Shown piece by piece: positions 17,328-27,301 of a stretch of 49,549 nt of DNA; positions within the stretch are counted from its first letter, which is position 1; the number at the start of each line of letters is the position of its first letter. The stretch covers positions 1 to 49,549 of IMG/VR virus record IMGVR_UViG_3300033076_001226; one strand, 5' to 3'. Below the pieces are notes generated by a model. That model ran no database searches. It saw nothing but the letters and a program-made list of their open reading frames with translations, and was not told the DNA's origin. The DNA comes from a virus (taxonomy: Duplodnaviria > Caudoviricetes). The translations under genes and the position numbers were made by a program.

Positions 17328-17725
17328 TGCCAGCCCCAGCCAAGCGGACCCTGCGAGATGTGGTGGCCCAGCAGAAGGCACTGGCCCAGCAGATGGCCAA
17401 GGCCGACCAGCCGGTCACTCGCCAGCCACCGGGCAAAGGTCGCGGGAAGCCCGGAAAGGCTCCGCCGATGGCCCGGCCGAAGCTCCCGCCGCGGTTTGTG
17501 CCACGACTCCCCCACGACTCTCGTTATCACCTTCGCTACGATGGGGCGACGGGAGTATGGACCGGCACCCTGACGGTTCCGGAGGGCGATAAGCCGACGA
17601 TCCTGAACGGCAAGAACGGCGGAGTCATGGGGCTCTTGCGGAAGCTCGACAAGATGTATCGGAAGGCGGTTGCCAAATCGAAGCCGCCAGCGGATAATGC
17701 CCCCGTCGCATCTCGCGACTCCTGA
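17327..17725 (+). CDS. Basic hypothetical protein, last gene of the plus arm
   Basis: TGATG overlap; K/R/P-rich. Confidence 0.65.
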   Translation: MPAPAKRTLRDVVAQQKALAQQMAKADQPVTRQPPGKGRGKPGKAPPMARPKLPPRFVPRLPHDSRYHLRYDGATGVWTGTLTVPEGDKPTILNGKNGGVMGLLRKLDKMYRKAVAKSKPPADNAPVASRDS

Positions 17726-17736
17726 TGTGAATGTGT

Positions 17737-17772
17737 GCCCCCCTCCATCGCACGGGAGGGGGGTTTTCATTT
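17737..17772 (+). terminator. Intrinsic terminator of the plus arm
   Basis: CCCCCTCC-loop-GGAGGGGG followed by TTTTCATTT. Confidence 0.7.
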
Positions 17773-17775
17773 GGC

Positions 17776-17805
17776 CAAGAGGCCCGGCAATCGCCGGGCC
17801 TCTTG
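17776..17805 (-). terminator. Hairpin ending the minus arm
   Basis: CAAGAGGCCCGGC-AATC-GCCGGGCCTCTTG, directly after the stop of the 1890-aa gene. Confidence 0.6.
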
Positions 17806-20800
17806 CTATTTCCGGGGTGCCCCCGGCGGCTTGTCAGACGACTTGATTCCGAGCCTGCCGAGACCCTGCATCGTCCGTTCGTACACATCCTTCTCTTTCT
17901 TCGGCGGCTTCGCACCACTCAACTCTTTCACGATCGGCTCGATGTACGCCTTGGCCAGCGGGTTTAGCTCCCAGGCGGCAGCCATCGCGTTGTTCCACGG
18001 CTGGCTCTCGCCCTTCCCGGCTCTCGTCGAGACGTGTGTGCCCATCGTGTTCTGGCCGGTCAGGGCCACATGCCCAACGTCCACGATTGGCCCGAAGCCC
18101 GGGTGAAGCGCGGCGATCAGCATTTGCTTCAGCCCCTCGCCGGTGCCCGTCTGCCAGTTCGCCCCTGCACGTTGTGCACCGGACCGTTGCGATTCGAGAA
18201 CCGGCAGCACGCCAATCGACCGTAGCCCCCGGCTCAGGCCCGTCAGCCCCATCAAATCGAAATACTGCGTCTTCCCGTTCCGAGTGCCGAGTTTGACCGC
18301 CCCGATCGGCGTCTCGTCGTCCCCATCGACCCGGCCCCACTGTGCGTAATTCGCCACGGCCGCCATCATCGGCAGGAGTGCCAGCCGGCCGATCATCTCC
18401 GCATTCACCCGGGCCGATGCACCCATTGATGTCGTCTTGAGCCCCGGCCGGATGAACACCGCTCGCAGACCATTGATGAGGTAAGTCGACCCGGCCGTCG
18501 CGAACGGCCCGAGGCCCGTGTCTCGCAGGAGTGCTACCAGTCGGTGCTGGGTCGCCTTGTTGTAATTGCCGAGTTGGTTCACGAAGTCCCGCCGCCCCCC
18601 CTCTGTATCGACAATGTCTCCCCGCTTCACCATCCGGTCATACGCCCGGTCCATCGTCAGCCGCATGGCCCGGTCCATGAGGGTGAGGAAGTTGCCGACG
18701 TGCGTGAATGGGTTGAGCTTGCTGACAAACCCGCCGCCGGTGTCGGCACCATGTTCCCGCATGGAGCCGATCCGGGCGAGTTCCGCAACCCGCTTCATGA
18801 CCTCGGGTTCTTTGTAAACCAAGTCCTTCATGAACCGGAATACGTCCAGCACCTTTGCCCCCGGTCGCACCAGGAGTGAGCCGAGGTTGACGGTGTGGCT
18901 GGTGGCTTCACCCAGGGAGTAGATGGCTGCGGTCGTCGCCGCTGCTGCCGCTGGCAGGCGGATCGGGGATTGATCGGTCTTGAGCACTTGCCGCACTTCG
19001 CCGTAGGCATCGGGGTGAATGTACAGGTTGATTTCCCCGGCCTTGGCCGCCTGCGTGTTAGCCGGCGGGGTGACATTTGGAAGTTTGACCCAGCCCTCGT
19101 GTGTCGACTCCTCCCCGGGGGCTCGCCATTCCGCCAAGCCGGCGTCGACGAGTGCCCGGTACATCTCCGCCTGTGCCGCCAGCGGGAGCCGGTCTGCCAT
19201 CGTCTCTTCGAGCATCCGCCCGAGGTCGATCACATACCCGGCCTTGCTGGCACCGGTCGCCGCTGTGGCCGCCCGGAGACGACGAGCCTTCTGTGCAACG
19301 AGGTTTCCGCGGGAGGGGGCCGTGATGTCGAGGACGTTCGGCCCTTCCTGCAAGAGCACACCGGTATAAGCGCTCTCGCCAGGTTTCTTCCGGACCAGGG
19401 TGATTGGCAGGTCTGGTATCTGCGTCGGGGCGTTAATCGGGTCGGCATCCGGGATGCCCTGAGCCCGCTTGAAGGCATCGTCGAGGATCGGGCCAACGTG
19501 CTTCTTGTACCGGTCGATGGCCCCCTGAACCATCGGGTCTTTGAGGGCCGCCTGATAGTCGCCTTCGGTGAGAAGGGGGTTTGTGGCCCACTCGTCCGGC
19601 GTCTTCCCGCCGATCACTGTGCCAACATCGGCGGCCTCCGCCAGCCGTGCCGCAGCCTCCGCCTCTTTGGCGTCGATGGCATCCTGGCTGGCCCCCTGCC
19701 GCTGGAGAAGTTGGGCCTCCTGCTCAAGCCGCTGGGACTCGCCGACAAACCAGTCCCGCATGTGCCGCAGTCGCATTTCCACAAGCACCGCACCCACCAG
19801 GGTGCGATCGGTCAACCGGTGGGCCTTGCCCATCACGACATCGAGAAGGAACGGCGCCAGTTCTCTTGCCCATTGCTTTGCACTGCCGGCCCGCGCCACA
19901 GCATCTCCGGCCGCTGGCGAATGGCGAGAGGTGTGTGTGGCCGATGCACCGCCCAGCTTGCGGAAGATGTCCACGATGTCGGTGGCAAACTTGACGGCTC
20001 GCTCCCGGAACGTCGGCCCCACTGGATCGGGCGGAGCCTGCTGGAATGGCATAGCCGTCGAGAAATCGTCTGGCGTATTCAACTTCTCGCGCAACATCTG
20101 CTCGGCGATCTGCTCGGCGGTCAGTCGCTCTCCTCCGATGGCGGAGTCGATGACGGCCCTGGCATCTGCTGCTGCTGATTCGGCGACATGGTCTGTAAAC
20201 TCTCGCCCCCTGGCGTCAGCTGCGGGGTCGTTGAACCCAAAGTCGAAAGAAGCATCTGCGCCCGGCGGGATGGGTTCAGCAAGCTCTGCGCCGTCCGCAG
20301 CCTCATCCGCTGCTCGAATAACCTCCTCAATTTCGGCGGGAGTATGCTCGGATCGAGCGTCTTGAACCGTCGCATCGAATTCCTCCTGTTGTTTGCGCCA
20401 GTATTCCTCGTAGGCCAACTCGGCACTACGGGCTGAGTCGAACGCCAGAGACTTGTGCCGTGCCACCAGGGCATCGGCAAACGCTTGCATGTCGTCAGAT
20501 GGCAGGTCGCCGGTGGTGTGAAGTTCCTTGGCCAGAAGATCGAGCGGCCGGCCGTTCTTGCTGAGGGCCTGCGATGGGAAGCCAAGTTCGATGGCGTGCT
20601 GTCGGCTGCCGAATATGGACTTGAACGCGGGGTCGTTGTAATTGATCCCGCCGTAGCCGATGATGACTTTCATCAGGTCGCCCTGCCGTTCATCGGCCGC
20701 AGCCATCTCCTTCAGCTTCCTGAGCCGGCCGGCCTCCTCCTTGGCCTCCTCACGAATCCGCTTCGCTTCGGCCCTCGCCAACTCTCGCTTCTCCTTCTCG

Positions 20801-23478
20801 GTCCGCCGTGCCGCGGCCCTGGCTTCCTTGGCGGCCTGTTCCTCGGCTTGCTTCTTGGCCCTCGCCGCTTCCTTGCTCTCGGCTGCCTGCTTTGCCCGCC
20901 ACTCGGCTTCCTTGGCCGCATACTCCGCCTCCGTCAGTTCCCGAGGGGCCTCGGTCGGCTTGGCAGGCTCCGCTGGGCCAGGGCCAGCCTTGCCTTCCTG
21001 ACTTTCTGCCCGATTCGCAAGAGCCTCAGAGACTTCACGTACACGTTCGACAACCTCGCGTCGAGCGGGTTCTGGTCGAATACCCCTCTGGGCAGCGATG
21101 TCCCCGGCAAGCCTTTCGATTTCACCTGCGATCTCCTTTCTGAGTGCGGCCATCTCCGCTTCTGCGCGGGCGATGGCTTCGGGTGTGGGTTCAACGTCCT
21201 GGACCGGTCGCTCCAGTTCTTCCTTGATCCCTGGGTTCTTCTCCAGCCATTCCGCTTCCGCTTCCTTGGCACGCCGTGCCAGGTCATCCAGTCGTTGCAA
21301 CCGGCGACCAGTCGGCCCTTCCACATGCCGCAGCTCCTCTGGCCGAACCCCGGCCGCATCGGCACGTTCGGCGACCTCGGTAAGCCCAGCCACTCGCCGC
21401 ACTTCGTGCACGCTGCCGCCGAAGTCTTTCCCGGCCAGTCGGCTGAGTTTCGCAATGGCCCGCTGTTCGAGCCGCCGCAGCGACTCGTACGAGTACGGCT
21501 TGCCAGTTTCCGGGTTGAGGAACCTGCCCGTGTCAGCGAGTGCCCGGAGTGACGGATACTCGCCCGGCTGAAGCCGCGAGATGAGGACATCCTTCTCACC
21601 ACGGGACAGGCCGGCCTTGTCGAATGCAGCCCGCAGGTCGATCTGTGGCCGCGGAGCCTGGGGCTCCTCCGGTGGTTCGAGGAACCGGGCGTCGGCGGCT
21701 TCCTTCACCGCTTCCGCCGATCGCGACTCCTCCGACGGGCGGAATGGTTCCTTGACTGGAATCGGCTCAACCGCCTGCTGGCGGAGTCGCATTCTGGCGA
21801 TGCGATCCTGAACCGACAGTCGCGGCCTGGCACTTTGTGCCAAACCGGGTTCCGGGCTGGCCGGCGGGGGCTCTGGCGGAGCGACCGCTTCAACAACCCG
21901 GTCGACATATTCCCGCACTTCGGGCACGTTCGTCTGCCGCTTGATCTCCTCGGCAACATCCGGCAGTCGCTCCGGTGCCCGTTCGATGGCGGCCCCAAGT
22001 TCGGCGTTCACCTCGGTCAACACCCGGCCCGCGGCCTCCCGGCTGGGGGCTGCGTCGATCAGCCGGCGGGTCGCCAACATGATCCCGGTGGCCCCCTCGC
22101 CAAACTCCAACTGCCGCGACCGTGTTTCCTCCTCCGTCAGGGGCTTCTCCGGAATCTCGATCCCACGCACGGCACGTTCGGCCTCCGCAATGCGGTAGCC
22201 GGCCTCATCGGCAATTGCCGCAGCCGCCTTCCGGCCGCCCTCAACAACCGCCTCCCGCGCCGCCCCAACTCCCTCCCTTGCACTTTGTGCCAAATCAACC
22301 GCCCCGGTCCGCAATCCCCTGGCCAGTTTGGCCACTGCCCCCGGTGTGGCTGCCACGGCATCCCGCACCGACCGGCCTTCGTGCAAGGCGGGGAACATGG
22401 CGAACGTGGCCGCTTGCACGATCCCATGCTTGATGGCGTCGTCGGTCTGGCCCCGGGCCAGGTCGCCCAGCACGCCGTACCGGGTCTTGAACTGCCATGC
22501 CGGAGCCAGGGCCTCGTCCGCCAGCCCGGTGACTATGTCAACTCCCTGTTGCTCGGCGGTGCCGATGACTCCCTTCACGCCCGCCCGGCCGGCCGCAGTG
22601 ATCCGGTCGCCGATTCCGCCCGGCAATTTCTGCTGCAATTGTCCGAGGACGATGTTGTTGGCCGCCGCCAGGGTGAGGGGCGGGATGATGTTCTGGGGGG
22701 CGGTTGGGTCGGTGCCAGTCTCTTTCGCCCGGATGAACGGCTCTTTCCCGTACAGGGCCGGGATGAGCGGTGTCGATGCAACCTGCCGGCCGACGAATGT
22801 GCCCGCCTGGGCAAGACGGCTGGACTCCTTTGCCGCCCCAATCCCGAGCCGGGCGCCCACCTGCCGGGCAACGCCAACGCCCGACAGGGTCTCGATCAAG
22901 AACGGAACAGCCCGCCGTGCCGCCCGGCCGATGGCCTCCGCCGTCGACTCCTTCTTTTTGATCTCCTCCAGCCGCTCATACTGAGCGACGAAGTCATAGT
23001 CTCTCTGCTCTGCGTTGCCGGCGTCGATCCGTTTGCTGGCCGCGTTGTACTCCCGGGCCATCAAGATTTCGGCGGCCGTCCCGGCACCCGGGATCATTTC
23101 GAGAGCCTTCAGAGCCCGCGGCTCCTCCATCCCTGCCGCGGCTTCCTTGGCCTTGCCCAGTCGGTACTGCCCCTCCGCCACGCGAGCCGGGATGCCCAAC
23201 TCGTTTTGCACACGAGTCCCGAACTCACCGGGGTCGGTCCCCGCCCGCGTGTGGGCATCCTGGAAGGCACGCAACCGCTCCTCGGCTGGCCGCGACGGAT
23301 CACGCCATTCCGGCCGGAACCCGGTTGTCGGGTCCATACCCAACTGGTCGAGGATTTCCCCAAGCGGCGAGCCTCCGCCACGCGGAACGCCGACGACCGG
23401 CGGGATCGGTTTTTCCCGCTGGCCGCCAAGGGTCGGCTCGGTGCCAAAGGCTTCGAGGAGCGATGAGAGCCCGTCCAT
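17806..23478 (-). CDS. Large internal virion/ejection protein, 1890 aa, multidomain
   Basis: Last and largest gene of the structural operon; helical and A/E/R-rich; position typical of podovirus ejection proteins. Confidence 0.75.
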   Translation of the reverse strand: MDGLSSLLEAFGTEPTLGGQREKPIPPVVGVPRGGGSPLGEILDQLGMDPTTGFRPEWRDPSRPAEERLRAFQDAHTRAGTDPGEFGTRVQNELGIPARVAEGQYRLGKAKEAAAGMEEPRALKALEMIPGAGTAAEILMAREYNAASKRIDAGNAEQRDYDFVAQYERLEEIKKKESTAEAIGRAARRAVPFLIETLSGVGVARQVGARLGIGAAKESSRLAQAGTFVGRQVASTPLIPALYGKEPFIRAKETGTDPTAPQNIIPPLTLAAANNIVLGQLQQKLPGGIGDRITAAGRAGVKGVIGTAEQQGVDIVTGLADEALAPAWQFKTRYGVLGDLARGQTDDAIKHGIVQAATFAMFPALHEGRSVRDAVAATPGAVAKLARGLRTGAVDLAQSAREGVGAAREAVVEGGRKAAAAIADEAGYRIAEAERAVRGIEIPEKPLTEEETRSRQLEFGEGATGIMLATRRLIDAAPSREAAGRVLTEVNAELGAAIERAPERLPDVAEEIKRQTNVPEVREYVDRVVEAVAPPEPPPASPEPGLAQSARPRLSVQDRIARMRLRQQAVEPIPVKEPFRPSEESRSAEAVKEAADARFLEPPEEPQAPRPQIDLRAAFDKAGLSRGEKDVLISRLQPGEYPSLRALADTGRFLNPETGKPYSYESLRRLEQRAIAKLSRLAGKDFGGSVHEVRRVAGLTEVAERADAAGVRPEELRHVEGPTGRRLQRLDDLARRAKEAEAEWLEKNPGIKEELERPVQDVEPTPEAIARAEAEMAALRKEIAGEIERLAGDIAAQRGIRPEPARREVVERVREVSEALANRAESQEGKAGPGPAEPAKPTEAPRELTEAEYAAKEAEWRAKQAAESKEAARAKKQAEEQAAKEARAAARRTEKEKRELARAEAKRIREEAKEEAGRLRKLKEMAAADERQGDLMKVIIGYGGINYNDPAFKSIFGSRQHAIELGFPSQALSKNGRPLDLLAKELHTTGDLPSDDMQAFADALVARHKSLAFDSARSAELAYEEYWRKQQEEFDATVQDARSEHTPAEIEEVIRAADEAADGAELAEPIPPGADASFDFGFNDPAADARGREFTDHVAESAAADARAVIDSAIGGERLTAEQIAEQMLREKLNTPDDFSTAMPFQQAPPDPVGPTFRERAVKFATDIVDIFRKLGGASATHTSRHSPAAGDAVARAGSAKQWARELAPFLLDVVMGKAHRLTDRTLVGAVLVEMRLRHMRDWFVGESQRLEQEAQLLQRQGASQDAIDAKEAEAAARLAEAADVGTVIGGKTPDEWATNPLLTEGDYQAALKDPMVQGAIDRYKKHVGPILDDAFKRAQGIPDADPINAPTQIPDLPITLVRKKPGESAYTGVLLQEGPNVLDITAPSRGNLVAQKARRLRAATAATGASKAGYVIDLGRMLEETMADRLPLAAQAEMYRALVDAGLAEWRAPGEESTHEGWVKLPNVTPPANTQAAKAGEINLYIHPDAYGEVRQVLKTDQSPIRLPAAAAATTAAIYSLGEATSHTVNLGSLLVRPGAKVLDVFRFMKDLVYKEPEVMKRVAELARIGSMREHGADTGGGFVSKLNPFTHVGNFLTLMDRAMRLTMDRAYDRMVKRGDIVDTEGGRRDFVNQLGNYNKATQHRLVALLRDTGLGPFATAGSTYLINGLRAVFIRPGLKTTSMGASARVNAEMIGRLALLPMMAAVANYAQWGRVDGDDETPIGAVKLGTRNGKTQYFDLMGLTGLSRGLRSIGVLPVLESQRSGAQRAGANWQTGTGEGLKQMLIAALHPGFGPIVDVGHVALTGQNTMGTHVSTRAGKGESQPWNNAMAAAWELNPLAKAYIEPIVKELSGAKPPKKEKDVYERTMQGLGRLGIKSSDKPPGAPRK

Positions 23479-23481
23479 TGG

Positions 23482-24909
23482 TCACCACGAAAAGGGTTGA
23501 AGGTTGGGGCTGTTGTCGGTCGCTGGCGAAGTCCGGCCAAACGGATCGCGGCTTGTGTTCGGTGCGGAAAGCATCTGCTGAAGGTGCGTGAGCGACTGCT
23601 GAATCCTCATGAAGTGCCCGAAGTCTTCCGGTGACTGAACCCGCATCCGCTGCACGCTGCCGTACTTCTGGTACAGGCCCTTCGCGACCTCGATCTGGTC
23701 GCCGTACATTTTCCGCTGCTCGGCACTGAGCGATTTCTCGCTTTGCACATTGTGCATCGCTTTCTCGAACAGCCCCACATTGGTCCGTTGTTCAGGGGTC
23801 GCATCCTCCAGTTTCGCAAATCCTGGCGGGGTCGCCGTGACCCGCGGATCGTCCGGGCGAGGCCCCGGCCGCTGGTCGACACCGAACGGTGTGCGGTTGG
23901 GGCCGCCTGGCCGTTCACCCGCCCGCTGGCGGAAGGCTGCCATGTGCTCGTCCCGGTTTTCGGTTCCAACAAGTTGAACCATCATCCGGCGAACAGCTTC
24001 CTGGTAGACCTTCGGGTCTTGGTACTGATTGGGCATCTCCTTGCCGGCCGCGTCCATCTGTTTGTGGTTCGCCCACCCGGTCACGATTGAGTGAGCCCTC
24101 TCCAGGGCCTTGGTGTACCTCTCGAAGTGATCGGCCTCCGCCTTGTCGTAGTGCGTTTGCTCGGTGTGGAGGAGTTTCTGCTGGGCGAGGGCCGCATCAC
24201 CCTTCCCACTGGCATCCCGACTGTGGGCGAAGGGGTCGTAATACTCCCCGTTGGCTTTCTGAAGGAGGCGAAACTGCTGCCCGGTGACGGGGTCGGTCAC
24301 CAGCGGGAGGTTGTCGACTTGGTTGAGCGCGAACGCTTGGTTTGCCGCCTGCATGGCCTGCTGCTGGGCCATCTGATTCATCATGCCGCGGGTCTGCTGA
24401 GCTTCCTGCTGGGCTTGCTCCAATCGCAGGCGTGACTGGATCGGGCTCACCTTGCCCATGATCTGAGCCGTCAAATCCTGCCGAACTTCCTCGGGCAGAT
24501 TGCTCTGCCGGTTTACCCACGCCAGGGCGTTGTTGAGTTGATCGGCCCGCCGCCGCTCTTCCTGCGAAATGAGCAACTGCTGTTCGCCGAACCGCTGCGC
24601 TTCAAGCTGAGCCCGCAGATACGGCTCTGCCATCTGCGTGTTGGCGTTCTGCTGGGCGATATCGAGCCCCCGCCCCTGCATCTCCAGTTCGGCCGCCCGG
24701 CCATATGTGGCAAGGGCCGGGTTCCCCCCGCCTCCGCCGCCGCCCCCACCCCCGGCAAACGACAGTCGGGCCGCAGCCTCACGCTGCCCAGCGACGGCCT
24801 GTGCCGCCGAGAGCAATCCGCCAAAGTCTTGGTTCCACTGAAGGGCTGCCCCGTAGTCCCGCGAGGTTCGCTCGTCATACGGCTGGGGCGATTCAAAGTT
24901 GATTGGCAT
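23482..24909 (-). CDS. Internal virion/ejection protein (Q-rich, helical)
   Basis: GGGGAG RBS; position and composition. Confidence 0.65.
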   Translation of the reverse strand: MPINFESPQPYDERTSRDYGAALQWNQDFGGLLSAAQAVAGQREAAARLSFAGGGGGGGGGGNPALATYGRAAELEMQGRGLDIAQQNANTQMAEPYLRAQLEAQRFGEQQLLISQEERRRADQLNNALAWVNRQSNLPEEVRQDLTAQIMGKVSPIQSRLRLEQAQQEAQQTRGMMNQMAQQQAMQAANQAFALNQVDNLPLVTDPVTGQQFRLLQKANGEYYDPFAHSRDASGKGDAALAQQKLLHTEQTHYDKAEADHFERYTKALERAHSIVTGWANHKQMDAAGKEMPNQYQDPKVYQEAVRRMMVQLVGTENRDEHMAAFRQRAGERPGGPNRTPFGVDQRPGPRPDDPRVTATPPGFAKLEDATPEQRTNVGLFEKAMHNVQSEKSLSAEQRKMYGDQIEVAKGLYQKYGSVQRMRVQSPEDFGHFMRIQQSLTHLQQMLSAPNTSRDPFGRTSPATDNSPNLQPFSW

Positions 24910-24948
24910 AACTCCCCCTGGTGTGTGACCCAGGGGAATTGTCACACA

Positions 24949-26496
24949 TCAGGCAATTTTCTTCCACAGGGCCGACCCGGTTGAAGCCCGAACGCACACG
25001 TAGACAAAGGTGGATGTCGTGTCGAGCCACATCTTCCCGGGGTAATACCCCTGTGTCTGATCGTCGTTCACACCCGGCGGAACAGGCTGCACTTCGATGT
25101 CGTTGGTCAGACTCCAGGTGCCGTCGGGCATCCGGTGCATCCGGCCCCGCCGCTGCAAGTCGTTCACCTGGGCACCGACGACTTCCGTGAACCGCCGCAG
25201 CCTGGGCTCATACTGCTGCGGATCGAGCCGCGGTGCGAATTGCTTGTCGCTGCCAGCAAAGCCCGCCGCCGCCGAGTTGGGTGGAGGAGGCGGTGGAGGA
25301 GGCGGTGGAGGAGGCGAGACGCCCGGGGGCAGAAGTACGCCGTACTGGAGGCCGACCGCGGCCCGGCCGATCCCTGGCCCGTGCCAGGGCGCTCCGGTGC
25401 CCGGCCCCATCCGGACCTCGGGGTACGGCGTGTTTCTGTTTCCAGCCACCGGCGGGGGCTGAGGGGCTTGTACCAGCGAGTTTTCCGGTGGCGTGAACCG
25501 GAAGAAGAACGGCCCCGGGATTGGTGGCCCGTGACTGATTTCGGGAGCGTACCGCTGCACGTTGAGCGAACTCGGAACCGGCGGGTTGTAATTGGCCGCG
25601 GGCTCAACCGGGAGAATCTGGGCATACGGGCACCCCCGCATGGGTGGCCCGTGGCTCACCTCGGGGGCGGTCGCCTGTGCATAAGCCGGGGGAGGCGGAG
25701 AAGAAGCCGGTCCGGCGACCGGAAGAGTCTCGGTGCGGAGTCGAACAGTGAACGGTGCCCCGCGAAGCGGAGGCCCGCCCCGCACCTCGAACATGGGCTG
25801 CTCGACGGTCACATCGGCCACCGGTGGGTTTGCCCCCTGCCCCGGTGAGCCGACCACCGTGCCGCTGTATGAGCCCACGACGCACGGTTCAGGCGAGGCC
25901 GACCCCTGAAGCCGGGCGTACAGGAACAGGCTCGCCGTCTGCACGTTGACCGGGTTGGTGCCGGCCGCCAGGTTCGAGATGTCTCCGGTCGTGAGTGCCG
26001 TGTTCCAGATGGCCAGTTCGCCCACCAGACCCAACCACTGCCGGTCGGTGCCCGTGTACCCGGTCGCGACTCGCAAGGGTGCCGTGGACCCAGCAATCGT
26101 GGATGTTGGGCCGGGCACGGTCGATGTCACGCTGCCATTGACCGCGAACTTCAACTCTGTCCCAACGGGGGCCGTGCGGTCCCACACGAGGATCATGTTG
26201 AACCACGTGTTGATCGACGGTGTGAAGTATCTGGCCGGTCCGTAGAACGTCCCGCCCGAGGCCATGTAGACCTCGAACGATGGCGTACTCGGCTCCTGAC
26301 GGATCGTGAATATCGAGTTGACAATCGACGTGTCATCAAACACTGTCACCAGATCGCGGAGCCCGGCAATCCCGCCCGAGGCTGTCAGTGTTGTCGTTTG
26401 TGCCCAGATCGAGACCGAGAGTTGGCTGAGCCCCGTCAGAGCGGAGATAGCCCCGAAGTCGATGTACTGCGGTGTCGTCGTGAAACTGCGTGACAT
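24949..26496 (-). CDS. LamG/ConA-like lectin domain virion protein with a Pro-rich repeat linker
   Basis: LSVSIWA...NTWFNMILVWD...GLVGELAIWNTALT; C-terminal PGVNDDQTQGYYPGKMWLDT...YVC module. Confidence 0.75.
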   Translation of the reverse strand: MSRSFTTTPQYIDFGAISALTGLSQLSVSIWAQTTTLTASGGIAGLRDLVTVFDDTSIVNSIFTIRQEPSTPSFEVYMASGGTFYGPARYFTPSINTWFNMILVWDRTAPVGTELKFAVNGSVTSTVPGPTSTIAGSTAPLRVATGYTGTDRQWLGLVGELAIWNTALTTGDISNLAAGTNPVNVQTASLFLYARLQGSASPEPCVVGSYSGTVVGSPGQGANPPVADVTVEQPMFEVRGGPPLRGAPFTVRLRTETLPVAGPASSPPPPAYAQATAPEVSHGPPMRGCPYAQILPVEPAANYNPPVPSSLNVQRYAPEISHGPPIPGPFFFRFTPPENSLVQAPQPPPVAGNRNTPYPEVRMGPGTGAPWHGPGIGRAAVGLQYGVLLPPGVSPPPPPPPPPPPPNSAAAGFAGSDKQFAPRLDPQQYEPRLRRFTEVVGAQVNDLQRRGRMHRMPDGTWSLTNDIEVQPVPPGVNDDQTQGYYPGKMWLDTTSTFVYVCVRASTGSALWKKIA

Positions 26497-26512
26497 CGAC
26501 TCCCCCTATGTG

Positions 26513-26543
26513 AAAACGGCCGGCCCACCAGGGGAGCCGGCCG
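26513..26543 (-). terminator. Internal intrinsic terminator or attenuator upstream of the LamG gene
   Basis: CGGCCGGC-loop-GCCGGCCG followed by TTTT on the minus strand. Confidence 0.55.
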
Positions 26544-26567
26544 CGGACCCGTCTTCACCCCTGCGGG

Positions 26568-27299
26568 TCAGTTCTTGCCATCCACACTCAGGCTCTTGCA
26601 AGTGATGGTGTTCGAGGACGAGGCCGCCGACCACGTTGTCGACAGGTTGACGTACTGAGTGACCGTGTTATCCACGGTACTTGTCCACGTCCCGGTCGGA
26701 GGAGTGGTGGGCGAGAGGGCATACACGTATGGGGCAGCAAAGCCAGCCCCACTGATCAACCGACCGTATCCGCTAAGGGTCGTGTTGCCCGATCCCTGGC
26801 CCGGCGAGCGGCAGGTCAGAACATACTCCAGTTCCCACAGGGCGTTGGTCACGCCAGACGCCGTTGTGATTGCGGCCGTCACCCCGATCGAGGTGCCCGA
26901 CAGGAACGACGAGCCGAGGGTCGTGCCCAGTCGAAGCTGGAAGATGATGGTGGGCGTGCTGGTCGTGCTGAGCACCCCGGCCGCCCGGATGACGATGGTG
27001 CGACCGAAGGCGTTGGCGTAGTTCCAGAACAGGGCCGGGATCGTCGGCTGGTTATTGGTCCCGGCCAACAGGCTGGTTTCGGCCGACGTGTTGGCGTTCG
27101 CAGTAAAATCTGCGGTCGCCGTATAAAGCTGCTCGCTCCAAGTCCCGGTCACACCCGACATCTGAAAGTCGTAGGCCCGCTTCCAGTCGCCGGCCTGACG
27201 CTGTTCCGCCAGAGCCCGGGCGTGTGCCGGGCTGACGGGCTGTTGACGGAGGCGGCCGATCGGTCGGCCCAGCCGGATCATCTCTTTCAACTGCATCAT
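26568..27299 (-). CDS. T/S-rich beta-strand virion protein
   Basis: In the structural operon; composition. Confidence 0.65.
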   Translation of the reverse strand: MMQLKEMIRLGRPIGRLRQQPVSPAHARALAEQRQAGDWKRAYDFQMSGVTGTWSEQLYTATADFTANANTSAETSLLAGTNNQPTIPALFWNYANAFGRTIVIRAAGVLSTTSTPTIIFQLRLGTTLGSSFLSGTSIGVTAAITTASGVTNALWELEYVLTCRSPGQGSGNTTLSGYGRLISGAGFAAPYVYALSPTTPPTGTWTSTVDNTVTQYVNLSTTWSAASSSNTITCKSLSVDGKN

Positions 27300-27301
27300 G
27301 G

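Noticed and set aside
18895-23466. Long plus-strand ORFs (e.g. 18895-20178, 20455-21552, 21835-23466)
   Set aside because: Shadow ORFs antisense to the 1890-aa gene, expected in high-GC DNA; no recognisable motifs
17806-23478. Tape measure protein or virion RNA polymerase
   Set aside because: No tail tube, sheath or chaperone genes; no DxDGD or T7-type polymerase motifs seen
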